NCBI RefSeq assembly: GCF_963921235.1
Contig: NC_086108.1
Span: 30,630,001-30,690,000 of the forward strand
DNA from: Mobula hypostoma
Taxonomy: Eukaryota
Reading direction: 5' to 3'
DNA length: 60,000 nucleotides
Shown: positions 24,816 through 37,599 of the stretch, one piece after another
Position numbering within the stretch: the first letter of the stretch is position 1
How the letters are laid out: each line of letters opens with the position of its first letter
Translations under genes and position numbers: made by a program
The notes under the pieces: generated by a model
Database searches by the model: none
The model's input: only the letters and a program-made list of their open reading frames with translations
What the model was told of the DNA's origin: nothing

Positions 24816-25606
24816 TTTCATATTGCAGTTGATATGTGCCATTAGAATTTATCTCTGCCTAATTGTTTGCTTCCTAAACTAGGAAATTTCTCAGAACCAT
24901 ATAAACACATCGGTCTTGAGTGGACTCTTTCCTCTGTGTTAGTCATTTCCTGTGGGTTAACTCACAGCTGACATTCCTTTCTAAACCCTACACAAGCAGT
25001 TCAGAGATATTAAGTGTATAGTTAAATTGTCATAGCTTGTGGGTGAGTCATTGAATCTGAGGAGTATAATAGTTGGAAACAGCATAGAAGCAAGTCCTTC
25101 TGTCCACTGAGTCAACAACAAACAAAGGGCAAGAGTTAATGGAAAAATGGGAAGAAAAGAAAATGGAACTAATATCACATTAATATGAAAAAGCGTTTGA
25201 TAGTTAGAAGATGATGGGCTAATGGGTTTAATCTTGTGCTGTATGACTCCATGGTCATTATACACAGTGGTGCTAGAAAGTTTGTGAACCCAGTAGAATT
25301 TTCTTTATTTCTCATAAATGTGACCTAAAGTGTGATCAGATCTTCACATATGTCCTAACACTAGATAAAGAGAACCCAATTAAATAAATAACACAAAATA
25401 TTATGCTTGTTCATTTATTTATTGAGAAAAATGATCAACTATTACATGTATTTGTTGGAAAGAGTACGTGAAACTTTGCTTTTAAGTAACTAGTGTGACA
25501 CCCCCCCCCCCCCACCCCACCTCATACAGCAATAACTTCAATCAAACATTTCTGGTAACTGCACATCGGCTTGGAGAAATTTTAGGCCATTCCTCCTTAC
25601 AAAACT

Positions 25607-25826
25607 GGCTGGCTGGTGGCGTAGTGGCATCAGCGCCGGAATTTGGAGCGAAGGCTACCGAGTTTGAATCCAACCGGTTTCCTTGCACGCTTTCCATTTG
25701 TGCTGGGTTGAGCGTTGAGCTAGCAACTTGGCCTCATTAAAATAAGAAAGCCTGCTAAAAAAAACCCTGTCTTGACGGCGTCCTGATGACTCCACTCGGA
25801 GTTAAGGGCTGTCTTCTTCTTCTTCT
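25607..25826 (+). mobile_element. tRNA-derived SINE
   Basis: A box TGGCGTAGTGG, B-box-like GAGTTTGAATC, (TCT)n tail, 13-bp TSD TCCTTACAAAACT (25594-25606 and 25827-25839). Confidence 0.88.
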
Positions 25827-26160
25827 TCCTTACAAAACTATGCCATGCTGGTAAGCTTCCTTGCATGAACTACTTGCTTTAGGTCCTTCCACAAGATTTC
25901 TATAGAATTTTGGTCAGGACTTTGACATGGCCATTTCAAAACATGGATTTTCTCCTTTTAAGATTTACTCTTGTCTTTTGGACCATTGTCTTGTTGCATT
26001 ATTCAATTTCTATTAAGCTTCCCTGATATTCTCCTGCAAAATGTCCTTGACATTTTACCTTGACATTCTCCTGTAAAATGTCTTGATACAATTTTGAATT
26101 CATTGTTCCCTCAACGATTACAGGCTGTGCAGGCCCTGAAGCAAAAGAGCGGCCCCAAAT

Positions 26161-29100
26161 GTTTGAGTACTGTTGGGGGGGACAGCTTACCCAGGGGACG
26201 CGACAGTGGCCGTGCCTCCGGCACAGAGTCTGGCCCTGTAGCTCAGAAGGGTAGGGCAAGGAAGAGGAGGGCAGTTGTGATAGGGGACTCGATAGTAAGG
26301 GGGTCAGGTAGGCGATTCTGTGGACGCAGTCCAGAGACCCAGATGGTAGTTTGCCTCCCTGGTGCCAGGGTCCGGGATATTTCTGATCGTGTCCAAGATA
26401 TCCTGAAGTGGGAGGGTGAGGAGCCAGAGGTCGTGGTACATATAGGTACCAATGACATAGGTAGGAAAAGGGATGAGGTCCTGAAAGAAGAATATAGGGA
26501 GCTAGGAAGGGAGTTGAGAAAAAGGACCGCAAAGGTAGTAATCTCGGGATTACTGCCTGTGCCACGCGATAGTGAGAGTAGGAATGTGATGAGGTGGAGG
26601 ATAAATGCGTGGTTGAGGGATTGGAGCAGGGGGCAGGGATTCAAGTTTTTGGATCATTGGGACCTCTTTTGGCGCAGGCGTGACCTGTACAAAAAGGACG
26701 GGTTCCTAGGGGAACCAATATCCTGGCAGGGAGATTAGCGGGGGCTACTGAGGTGACTTTAAACTAGAATGGTTGGGGGGTGGGAATCAAATTAAAGAGG
26801 CTAGGCATGAGGAGGTTAGTTCACAACAGAGGGATGGGAACCAGTGCAGAGAGACAGAGGGGTGTAAAGTGAGCGTAGAAGCAAAAAGTACAAAGGAGAA
26901 AAGTAAAAGTGGCAGACCGACAAATCCAGAGCAAGCATTAAAAAGGGCCACTTTTCAACATAATTGTACAAGGGCTAAGAGAGTTGTAAAAGAGCGCCTG
27001 AAGGTTTTATGTGTCAATGCAAGGAGCATTCGTAATAAGGTGGATGAATTGAAAGTGCAGATTGCTATTAATGATTATGATATAGTTGGGATCACAGAGA
27101 CATGGCTCCAGGGTGACCAGGGATGGGAGCTCAACGTTCAGGGATATTCAATATTCAGGAGGGATAGACATGAAGGAAGGGGAGGTGGGGTGGCGTTGCT
27201 GGTTAGAGAAGAGATTAACGCAATAGAAAGGAAGGACATAAGCCGGGAAGATGTGGAATCAATATGGGTAGAGCTGCGTAACACTAAGGGGCAGAAGACG
27301 CTGGTGGGAGTTGTGTACAGGCCACCTAACAGTAGTAGTGAGGTCGGAGATGGTATTAAACAGGAAATTAGAAATGTGTGCAATAAAGGAACAGCAGTTA
27401 TAATGGGTGACTTCAATCTACATGTAGACTGGGTGAACCAAATTGGTAAAGGTGCTGAGGAAGAGGATTTCTTGGAATGTATGCGGGATGGTTTTTTGAA
27501 CCAACATGTCGAGGAACCAACTAGAGAGCAGGTTATTCTGGACTGGGTTTTGAGCAATGAGGAAGAGTTAATTAGCGATCTTGTCGTGAGAGGCCCCTTG
27601 GGTAAGAGTGACCATAATATGGTGGAATTCTTCATTAATATGGAGAGTGACATAGTTAATTCAGAAACAAAGGTTCTGAACTTAAAGAGGGGTAACTTTG
27701 AAGGTATGAGACGTGAATTAGCTAAGATAGACTGGCAAATGACACTTAAAGGATTGACGGTGGATATGCAATGGCAAGCATTTAAAGGTTGCATGGATGA
27801 ACTACAACAATTGTTCATCCCAGTTTGGCAAAAGAATAAATCAAGGAAGGTAGTGCACCCGTGGCTGACAAGAGAAATTAGGGATAGTATCAATTCCAAA
27901 GAAGTAGCATACAAATTAGCCAGAGAAAGTGGCTCACCTGAGGAATGGGAGAAATTCAGAGTTCAGCAGAGGAGGACAAAGGGCTTAATTAGGAAGGGGA
28001 AAAAAGATTATGAGAGAAAACTGGCAGAGAACATAAAAACGGACTGTAAAAGCTTTTATAGATATGTAAAAAGGAAAAGACTGGTAAAGACAAATGTAGG
28101 TCCCCTGCAGACAGAAACAGGTGAATTGATTATGGGGAGCAAGGACATGGCAGACCAATTGAATAATTACTTTGGTTCTGTCTTCACTAATAATCTTCCA
28201 GAAATAGTAAGGGACAGAGGGTCCAGTGAGATGGAGGAACTGAGTGAAATACATGTTAGTAGGGAAATGGTGTTGGGTAAATTGAAGGGATTGAAGGCAG
28301 ATAAATCCCCAGAGCCAGATGGTCTGCATCCTAGAGTGCTTAAGGAAGTAGCCCAAGAAATAGTGGATGCATTAGTGATAATTTTTCAAAACTCGTTAGA
28401 TTCTGGACTAGTTCCTGAGGATTGGAGGGTGGCTAATGTAACCCCACTTTTTAAAAAAGGAGGGAGAGGGAAACCGGGGAATTATAGACCGGTTAGCCTA
28501 ACGTCGGTGGTGGGGAAACTGCTGGAGTCAGTTATCAAGGATGTGATAACAGCACATTTGGAAAGCGGTGAAATCATCGGACAAAGTCAGCATGGATTTG
28601 TGAAAGGAAAATCATGTCTGACGAACCTCATAGAATTTTTTGAGGATGTAACTAGTAGAGTGGATAGGGGAGAACCAGTGGATGTGGTATATTTGGATTT
28701 TCAAAAGGCTTTTGACAAGGTCCCACACAGGAGATTAGTGTGCAAACTTAAAGCACACGGTATTGGGGGTAAGGTATTGGTGTGGGTGGAGAATTGGTTA
28801 GCAGACAGGAAGCAAAGAGTGGGAATAAACGGGACCTTTTCAGAATGGCAGGCGGTGACTAGTGGGGTACCACAAGGCTCAGTGCTGGGACCCCAGTTGT
28901 TTACAATATATATTAATGACTTGGATGAGGGAATTAAATGCAGCATCTCCAAGTTTGCGGATGACACGAAACTGGGTGGCAGTGTTAGCAGTGAGGAGGA
29001 TGCTAAGAGGATGCAGGGTGACTTGGATAGGTTGGGTGAGTGGGCAAACTCATGGCAGATGCAATTTAATGTGGATAAATGTGAAGTTATCCACTTTGGT

Positions 29101-29889
29101 GGCAAAAATAGGAAAACAGATTATTATCTGAATGGTGGCCGATTAGGAAAAGGAGAGGTGCAACGAGACCTGGGTGTCATTATACACCAGTCATTGAAAG
29201 TGGGCATGCAGGTACAGCAGGCGGTGAAAAAGGCGAATGGTATGCTGGCATTCATAGCAAGAGGATTTGAGTACAGGAGCAGGGAGGTACTACTGCAGTT
29301 GTACAAGGCCTTGGTGAGACCACACCTGGAGTATTGTGTGCAGTTTTGGTCCCCTAATCTGAGGAAAGACATCTTTGCCATAGAGGGAGTACAAAGAAGG
29401 TTCACCAGATTGATTCCTGGGATGGCAGGACTTTCATATGAAGAAAGACTGGATGAACTGGGCTTGTACTCGTTGAAATTTAGAAGATTGAGGGGGGATC
29501 TGATTGAAACGTATAAGATCCTAAAGGGATTGGACAGGCTAGATGCGGGAAGATTGTTCCCGATGTTGGGGAAGTCCAGAACGAGGGGTCACAGTTTGAG
29601 GATAGAGGGGAAGCCTTTTAGGACCGAGATTAGGAAAAACTTCTTCACACAGAGAGTGGTGAATCTGTGGAATTCTCTGCCACAGCAAACTATTGAGGCC
29701 AGTTCATTGGCTATGTTTAAGAGGGAGTTAGATATGGCCCTTGTGGCTACGGGGGTCAGGGGGTATGGAGGGAAGGCTGGGGCGGGGTTCTGATTTGGAT
29801 GATCAGCCATGATCATAATAAATGGCGGTGCAGGCACGAAGGGCCGAATGGCCTACTCCTGCACCTATTTTCTATGTTTCTATGTTTCT
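26161..29889 (+). mobile_element. Young CR1 LINE, truncated within ORF1
   Basis: ORF1 SGNH esterase motifs (VIGDS, PGA, HIGTND); complete ORF2; (TTTCTATG)n tail; AAAT duplication at 26157-26160 and 29890-29893 within the Tc1 transposase. Confidence 0.96.
26773..29793 (+). CDS. CR1 ORF2: AP endonuclease plus reverse transcriptase (open, 1006 codons)
   Basis: CVNARS, GITETWL, VYRPP, MGDFN, SDH; NYRPVSLT, QHGF, DFQKAFD, GVPQGS, FADD; true start codon uncertain. Confidence 0.93.
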   Translation: MGGGNQIKEARHEEVSSQQRDGNQCRETEGCKVSVEAKSTKEKSKSGRPTNPEQALKRATFQHNCTRAKRVVKERLKVLCVNARSIRNKVDELKVQIAINDYDIVGITETWLQGDQGWELNVQGYSIFRRDRHEGRGGGVALLVREEINAIERKDISREDVESIWVELRNTKGQKTLVGVVYRPPNSSSEVGDGIKQEIRNVCNKGTAVIMGDFNLHVDWVNQIGKGAEEEDFLECMRDGFLNQHVEEPTREQVILDWVLSNEEELISDLVVRGPLGKSDHNMVEFFINMESDIVNSETKVLNLKRGNFEGMRRELAKIDWQMTLKGLTVDMQWQAFKGCMDELQQLFIPVWQKNKSRKVVHPWLTREIRDSINSKEVAYKLARESGSPEEWEKFRVQQRRTKGLIRKGKKDYERKLAENIKTDCKSFYRYVKRKRLVKTNVGPLQTETGELIMGSKDMADQLNNYFGSVFTNNLPEIVRDRGSSEMEELSEIHVSREMVLGKLKGLKADKSPEPDGLHPRVLKEVAQEIVDALVIIFQNSLDSGLVPEDWRVANVTPLFKKGGRGKPGNYRPVSLTSVVGKLLESVIKDVITAHLESGEIIGQSQHGFVKGKSCLTNLIEFFEDVTSRVDRGEPVDVVYLDFQKAFDKVPHRRLVCKLKAHGIGGKVLVWVENWLADRKQRVGINGTFSEWQAVTSGVPQGSVLGPQLFTIYINDLDEGIKCSISKFADDTKLGGSVSSEEDAKRMQGDLDRLGEWANSWQMQFNVDKCEVIHFGGKNRKTDYYLNGGRLGKGEVQRDLGVIIHQSLKVGMQVQQAVKKANGMLAFIARGFEYRSREVLLQLYKALVRPHLEYCVQFWSPNLRKDIFAIEGVQRRFTRLIPGMAGLSYEERLDELGLYSLKFRRLRGDLIETYKILKGLDRLDAGRLFPMLGKSRTRGHSLRIEGKPFRTEIRKNFFTQRVVNLWNSLPQQTIEASSLAMFKRELDMALVATGVRGYGGKAGAGF

Positions 29890-30400
29890 AAATCATGATG
29901 CTCCTTCCACCATGCTTCACGGTTAGGATGAGGTTTTGGTGTTGGTGTGCAGTGACCTTTTTCCTCCAAATATAGCAATATGCATCTGCCAAAATGTTCA
30001 ACTTTTGTTTCCGTGTCCACAGAACATCATCCCAGAAGCATTGTAGAACATCCAGGTGGTCTTTTGCAAACTTGAGACATGCAGCGTCTCAAGTGGTCTT
30101 TTTGGCGAATTCTGGTGTCCTCCATGGTGTCCTTCCATGAATACCATTATATTTCAATGTTTTTCAGACACTTTAGCAAGTTCTAGAGATTTCTGCAGGT
30201 CTTTTTGCTGTTACTCCTCGGATCTTTTTCACCTTCTTCATTATTGTACATTGTGCTCTTGGTGTGATCTTTGCAGGATGCCCACCCCTAGGGAGAGTAG
30301 CAATGGCACTGAGTTTCCTCCATTTGTAAACAATTTCTCTTACTGTGGACTGATAAATACTCAGATCTTTTAAGTGCTTTTGTAGCTTTTTCCAGCTTCA

Positions 30401-33400
30401 AAGAACATAGAACATAGAACATAGAATAGTACAGCACAGTACAGGCTCTTTGGCCCACAATGTTGTGCCAAACATCAAACCCTGCCTCCCATATAAGCCC
30501 CCGCCTTAAATTCCTCCATATACCTGTCTAGTAGTCTCTTAAACTTCACTAGTGTATCTGCCTCCACCACTGACTCAGGCAGTGCATTCCATGCACCAAC
30601 CACTCTCTAGGTAAAAAACCTTCCTCTAATATCCTCCTTCAACTTCCCAACCCTTACCTTAAAGCCATGTCCTCTTGTATTGAGCAGTGGTGCCCTGGGG
30701 GAGAGGCGCTGGCTATCCACTCTATCTATTCCTCTTATTATCTTGTACACTTCTATCATGTCTCCTCTCATCCTCCTTCTCTCCAAAGAGTAAAGCCCTA
30801 GCTCCCTTAATCTCTGATCATAATGCATACTTTCTAAACCAGGCAGCATCCTGGTAAATCTCTTCTGTACCCTTTCCAATGCTTCCACATCCTTCCTATA
30901 ATGAGGTGACCAGAACTGGACACAGTATTCCAAGTGTGGCCTAACCAGAGTTTTATAGAGCTGCATCATTACATCGCGACTCTTAAACTCTATCCCTCGA
31001 CTTATGAAAGCTAACACCCCATAAGCTTTCTTAACTACCCTATCCACCTGTGAGGCAACTTTCAGGGATCTGTGGACATGTACCCTGAGATCCCTCTGCT
31101 CCTCCACACTACCAAGTATCCTGCCATTTACTTTGTACTCTGCCTTAGAGATTATCCTTCCAAAGTGTACCACCTTATACTTCTCTGGGTTGAACTCCAT
31201 CTGCCACTTCTCAGCCCACTCATGCATCCTATCAATGTCTCTCTACAATCTTTGACAATCCTCTACACGATCTACAACACCACCAACCTTTGTGTCGTCT
31301 GCAAACTTGCCAGCCCACTCTTCTAACACCACATTCAGGTCGTTAATAAAAATCATGAAAAGTAGAGGTCCCAGAGCAGATCCTTGTGGGACACCACTAC
31401 TCACATCCCTCCAATCTGAACGTACTCCCTCCACCACCACCCTCTGTCTTCTGCAGGCAAGCCAATTCTGAATCCACCTGGCCAAACTTCCCTGGATCCC
31501 ATGCCTTCTAACTTTCTGAATAAGCCTACCGTGTGGAACCTTGTCAAATGCCTTACTGAAATCCATATAGATCACATCCACTGCACTACCCTCATCTATA
31601 TGACTGGTCACCTCCTCAAAGAACTCTATCAGGCTTGTTAGACATGATCTGCCCTTCACAAAGCCATGCTGACTGTCCCTGATCAGACCATGATTCTCTA
31701 AATGCCTATAGATCCTATCTCTAAGAATCTTTTCCAACAGCTTTCCCACCACAGATGTAAGGCTCACTGGTCTATAATTACCCAGACTATCTCTACTAAC
31801 TTTTTTGAACAAGGGGACACCATTCACCTCCCTCCAATCCTCCGGTACCATTCCCGTGGACAATGAGGACATAAAGATCCTAACCAGAGGCTCAGCAATC
31901 TCTTCTCTTGCCTCGTGGAGCAGCCTGGGGATTATTCCGTCAGGCCCCGGGGACTTATCTGTCCTAATGTATTTTAACAACTCCAACACCTCCTCTCCCT
32001 TAATATCAACATGCTCCAGAACATCAACCTCACTCATATTGTCCTCACCATCATCAAGTTCCCTCTCATTGGTGAATACCAAAGAGAAGTATTCATTGAG
32101 GACCTCGCTCACTTCCAAAGCCTCCAGGCACATCTTCCCACCTTTATCTCTAATCAGTCCTACCTTCACTCTTGTCATCCTTTTTTTCTTCACATAATTG
32201 AAGAATACCTTGGGGTTTTCCTTTACCCTACTCGCCAAGGCCTTCTCATGCCCCCTTCTTGCTCTTCTCAGCCCCTTCTTAAGCTCCTTTCTTACTTCCC
32301 TATATTCCTCAATAGACCCATCTGATCCTTGCTTCCTAAACCTCATGTATGCTGCCTTCTTCCACCTGACTAGATTTTCCACCTCACTTGTCACCCATGG
32401 TTCCTTCACCCTACCATTCTTTATCTTTCTCAAGGGACAAATTTATCCCTAACATCCTGCAAGAGATCTCTAAACATCGACCACATGTCCATAGTATATT
32501 TCCCTGCAAAAACATCCCAATTCACACCCGCAAGTTCTAGCCTTATAGCCTCATAATTTGCCTTTCCCCAATTAAAACTCTTCCTGTCCTCTCTGATTCT
32601 ATCCTTTTCCATGATAATGCTAAAGGCCAGGGAGCGGTGGTCACTGTCCCCCAGATGCTCACCCACTGAGAGATCTGTGACCTGACCCGGTTCATTACCT
32701 AGTACTAGATGTAGTATGGCATTCCCCCGGTTGGCCTGTTCACATACTATGACAGGAATCCATCCTGGACACACTTAACAAACTCTGCCCCATCTAAACC
32801 CTTGGAACTAATCAAGTGCCAATCAATATTAGGGAAGTTAAAGTCATCCATAATAACAACCCTGTTATTTTTGCACCTTTCCAAAATCTGCCTCCCAATC
32901 TGCTCTCTGTATCTCTGCTGCTACCTGGGGGCCTATAGAATACCCCCAACAGAATAACTGCTCCCTTCCTGTTCCTGACTTCCACCCATACCTACTCAAA
33001 AGAGGATCCTGCTACCCACCCTTTCTGTAGCTGTAATAGTATCCCTGACCAGTAATGCCACCCCTCCTCCCCTTTTTCCGCCCTCTCTATCCCTTTTAAA
33101 GCACTGAAATCCAGGAATATTGAGAATCCATTCCTGCCCTGGTGCCAGCCAAGTCTCTGTAATGGCCACTACATCATAATTCCATGTATGTATCCAAGCT
33201 CTCAGTTCATCACCTTTGTTCCTGATGTTTCTTGCGTTGAAGTACACGCACTTCAGCCCTTCTACCTTACTGTCTTTACACTGTTTATTCTGCTTCTCTT
33301 CCCTCAAAGCTTCTCTGTATGTTAGATCTGGCTTTACTCCATTCACTTCTTTCACTGCTGTATCGCTCTGGGTCCCATCCCCCTTGCAAATTAGTTTAAA

Positions 33401-33983
33401 CCCTCCCGAACCATGCTAGCAAACCTACCTGCAAGGATACTGCTCCCCCTCGAGTTCAGGTGCAACCCATCCAATCTGTACATGTCCCACCTTCCCCAGA
33501 AGAGATCCCAATGATCTAAAAATCTAAAACCCTGCTCCCTGCACCAACTCCTCAGCCACCATTCAACTGCCATCTCCTCCAATTCTTATCATCACTGTCA
33601 CGTAGCACTGGCAGCAATCCTGAGAACGCCACCCTTGAGGTCCTGTTCTTTAGCCTTCTGCCTAGTTCCCGAAACTCACACTTCAGGACCTCATCTCTCT
33701 TCCTGCCTATGTTGTTGGTCCCAACATGTATCACGACTTCTGGTTGCTTTCCCTCTCGTACCAGGATGTCGTGCACCCGGTCAGAGACATCCTGGACCCT
33801 AGCACCCAGGAGGCAACAAACCATGCGGGTGTCCTTCTCACGTTCACAAAATCTCCTGTCTGCTCCCCTGACTATAGAGTCTCCAATGACGACAGCTCTC
33901 CTCTTCTCCGTCCCACCCTTCTGCACCACAGGGTCAGACTCAGTGCCGGAGGCCCTGACACCGTGGCTCACACCTGGTTGGTC
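30401..33983 (-). mobile_element. Near full-length CR1 LINE of a second subfamily (disrupted)
   Basis: ORF1 VIGDS/HVGTN/DGLH; APE YFNARNI..AITETWL..SDH; RT motifs; (TTCTATG)n tail at ~30402. Confidence 0.95.
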
Positions 33984-35557
33984 TCTATATCTCTACAATT
34001 TTCTTCTGAGGTCCTATGAAATTTGTTTTGATTGAGTAATGGTGCACATAAACAGATCTTCCTTGAGATGTGCGGGCTCTGTCAGCAAACTGACTTTGTG
34101 TGTCTTTTTTATAGGGCAGGGCACCTCGACAACCAACACCTCCAATCTCATTGATTGGAATGCCTGACTCCAAATAGCTTTTCTAGAAAGCATTACCTCA
34201 GAGGTTCACATACTTTTTCCAACAAATACATGTAATATTGGATTATTTTTCTCAATAAATAAATGAACAAGTATTATGTTTTTTGTGCTATTTATTTAAT
34301 TGAATTCTCTTTAACTAGTTTTAGTATTTACTTGAAAATCTGATCACATTTTAGGTCATATTGGTGCAGAAATAGAGAAAATTCTACAGTGTTCACAAAC
34401 TTTCTAGCACCAATGTAGCTCTTGTCAACTAATTTTCATTGCTGTTGCTTCCGTGTGTGGTTTATAAACTCTTGAAAAGTCCCTCTTGGTTTGTGATGAC
34501 TTTGAACCAGATCTACAAATGAACTGTCAATATTCTGCCCTCCTGAGGATTCTGCCTGCTCCTTCAAAACTTTGAGATTACCTGCAGCCAACCTCATTAA
34601 CGTATTTGGGGAGTTTCTAAAGATTGTTACTTCTCCCATAGCTTCATGTCTATTTCGTTGGAGCTTTACTTTTCCATTTAACTAAAATATTTTGGTGGGG
34701 GGGGTGGTGGGATTGGTAACACTACACCCTTGATCATGCTTGCCCAGGAACTATTAATTTCCCAAACCTTTGATAGTGCCATTTCTGCATGGAGTCTGCT
34801 GTGTTGGAACCCTTTCTCTTCTCTCCTCTTTCCTAAGCAATCTGGGACAGCAACTATAAATTGAATGCATTCATCAGAAGCCAGCCTGTAAAGAGCAGCA
34901 GTTTGATCTGGCCATCGTATATGGATACTTGCAGCCACAAAGTGTAAATATTGCAGCAAAAATTAATATATGGGACTATGCAAAAGCATAAATAGAAAGG
35001 GTGCACAGTATTATAGTAATTTTATGTATTGCAACAAACAATCAAATTTCAAGACCTGTGAGTGATAATCGAACTTATTTGTTTATGGGTCTCTATTGTG
35101 GACTGAGAGTGGGAAGGGAACATGGAGAGTAATTGCAGTTGATCACCATTTATTTTGTCATATCTCAATTTCAGGAGTCAAGTGACCCTTGCAATGCCAA
35201 TTCACAGCTGTGATGAAGACTAATGCCATTGTGGGTTTCCTTGTAATTTATTCATAGTTGCTCATGAAATTTGGCATGGTTAGCATGGGTCACATTGGCA
35301 GTTGTAATACCTGGTCATACTGCACGTTACCAAAATTGATGTCTTTTGCAACTAGGAAAGGAATCATTTCTCTCCTGGGGAAGGCACTATCATGTTGGAT
35401 GCTTTTGAGACATTTGACCAAGCATCATTCATAGTCTATAGATATCGAGAATGAAGACTACTGATGGTCTGCTGACTCCATATCATCGATGTCTCATTCC
35501 CTATGAAGCCTCTGTAAGGGCAATTTATCAATGTTACTATTTTCAGGGTGTCTATAT

Positions 35558-36210
35558 TTAGATTAGATTTAGATTTTGAGGACAAGCAGTCCTCTTGTAG
35601 TGTCATTTAGTAATGCATGCAATAAGAAATGATACAATGTTTCTCCAGAATGATATCACAGAAACACATGACAACCTGACTGAAAAACTGACAAAAACCG
35701 CATAATTATAACATATGGTTACGACAGTGCAATACCGTAATTTGATAAAGAACAGACTATGGGCACGGTAAAAAGTTTCAAAGTCTTTCAAAAGTCCCAT
35801 CATCTCACACAGACGGTAAACCTGCAGTGCCGCAAACTTGCCGATGCAGCATCCTGGAAGCATTCGACCACAGTCCGACTCCGAGCCCGTCCGAAAACTC
35901 CGATCCTCCGACCAGCTCTCCAACACCAAGCACTGAGCACCATCTCTGCCAAGCACTTCGACCCCGGCCCCAGCAACAGGCAATAGGCAAAGCCAAGGAT
36001 TTGGGGCCTTCCCCTCCGGAGATTCTCGAAAGCACAGTAGCAGCGGCAGCGAAGCTGGAATCTCAGAAGTTTCTCCAGGTGTTCCTCCATGCTTCTCACG
36101 GCTGTCTCCATCAAATCAGGATTGTGCACGGCCCCTAGTTAACACATATGATATCATTCGGAACGGCCGTGCGCGCTGCATCGCGCCGCTATCTTCTTCT
36201 CCATCCTCCT
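35558..36210 (-). mobile_element. ~650-bp non-autonomous LINE-derived element, copy 1
   Basis: Minus strand starts GAAGATAGCGGCGCG.., ends ..ACTGCTTGTCCTC-(TCTAA)n; aligns with 36672-37250 and 48962-49640. Confidence 0.8.
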
Positions 36211-36339
36211 CTTATATCGGACCTCTTATCAGCCTAACTCATCCTTGAGACCTATCTGCAGAAATCCCATTTTCTTGCGTTTGGCCCAAATCCCTCTATT
36301 GCTATCTTATCCATGTATTTTGCATGTATCTCAACTGTA

Positions 36340-37590
36340 TTACCATGAAGAAAGATATGAATGCTGGGAAACATGGGTAAGTTAATAGCAATGTCCTAAA
36401 GAGAGCCCACATTACAGAAAAGGAGATGATGGAGGTCCTAAAATGCATAAAGGAACATACATCCTCGGGATCTGATCAAGTGTATCCTAGGCCATTGTGG
36501 AAAGTTAGGGAAGAAATTACCGAGCTCATAGCAGAAATGCTTGTATCATCAATAGCCATAGATGAGGTGCTGGAAAAATGGAGAGTGGATAATGATATGC
36601 TTTTATTTAAGATAGGAGCTATAGACTGGTGAGCCTAACATCAATGGTGGACAAGTTGTTCAATTATTTTTTTTAGATTAGATTATGAGGACACGCAGTC
36701 CTCTTTTATTGTCATTCAGTAATGCATGCATTAGGAAATGATACAATATTCCTCTGGTGTGATATCACAGAAACACAGGACAGACCAAGACTAAAAAAGT
36801 AACAAAAACCACATAATTATCACATATAGTTATACCATTACTTGATGAAGAACAGGCCAAGGCACAGTAAATAAGTTCAAAGTCTCTCGAAAGTCCCACA
36901 TCTCACGCAGACAGGAGAAGGAAGAAAACTCTCCCTGCCATGCCCAACCACAGTCCGACTCTGAGTCGCCCAAAAACTTCGAGCCTCTGATCAGTCCTCC
37001 GACACCGAGCGCCGAGCACCATCTCTGCCGAATGCTTCAACCTCAGCCTCGGTCGCCAGCAGCAGGCAAAGCTGGGGATTTTGGGGCCTTCCCTCTGGAG
37101 ATTCTCAATCGCCCAGTAACAGCGGCAGCGAATCGGGCATTTCAGAAATTTCTCCAGATGTTCCTCTGTGCCTTCTCACGTCTGTCTCCATCAAATCAGA
37201 ATTGTGCACGGTATCCTATTTAACAAGTACGATATCATTTCACCGGAGAGCTGATTTTGTGTGTTGGATATCATGTCACATGAATTTGTTTGAGTTTTTT
37301 GACAAGAATTTAAATGAGGACGGTGCAATAGATATTGTCTACATGGAGTTTAGCAATGACTTTGGCAAGTACCCTATGGTAGGCAGGTCCAGGAGGATAG
37401 ATCACATTGGATCCAGGGCAAGCTGGTCAATTGTCTTAAAATTGGCTTGACCAATAGGAGTCAGAGGCTGTTGATAGAGGGGTGCTCTCCAGCTGGAAGG
37501 CTACGACCAGTAGTGTTTTACAGGTATCCGTGTGCTGGGTTGACTTCTGTTTGCCATTTATATTAACAATTTAAATGAGAATTTAAATTC
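36340..37590 (+). mobile_element. Degraded CR1 RT fragment (interrupted)
   Basis: SSGSDQVYPR..YRLVSLTS; IDIVYMEFS remnants. Confidence 0.65.
36672..37250 (-). mobile_element. Same non-autonomous family, copy 2 (5'-truncated)
   Basis: Colinear with copy 1; TTAGATTAGATT tail. Confidence 0.8.
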
Positions 37591-37599
37591 ATAGTTCAT

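Larger units (their letters stand above)
25265..34415 (-). mobile_element. Tc1-like DNA transposon (decayed) with nested insertions
   Basis: ~215-bp TIRs CAGTGGTGCTAGAAAGTTTGTGAAC.. / ..GTTCACAAACTTTCTAGCACCAATG|TA; transposase remnants TVKHGGRSIMIWG and IVEGTMNSKLYQDILQENV. Confidence 0.9.

Noticed and set aside
25607..25680. tRNA gene (also 47280-47355)
   Set aside because: tRNA-like heads continue into SINE bodies; the 25607 copy has a tail and TSD; no complete cloverleaf seen
27138..29837. Repeated 90-260 aa ORFs opposite CR1 ORF2 (also at 9.5-10.2 kb and 22.6-23.4 kb)
   Set aside because: Antisense shadows of the same CR1 coding sequence
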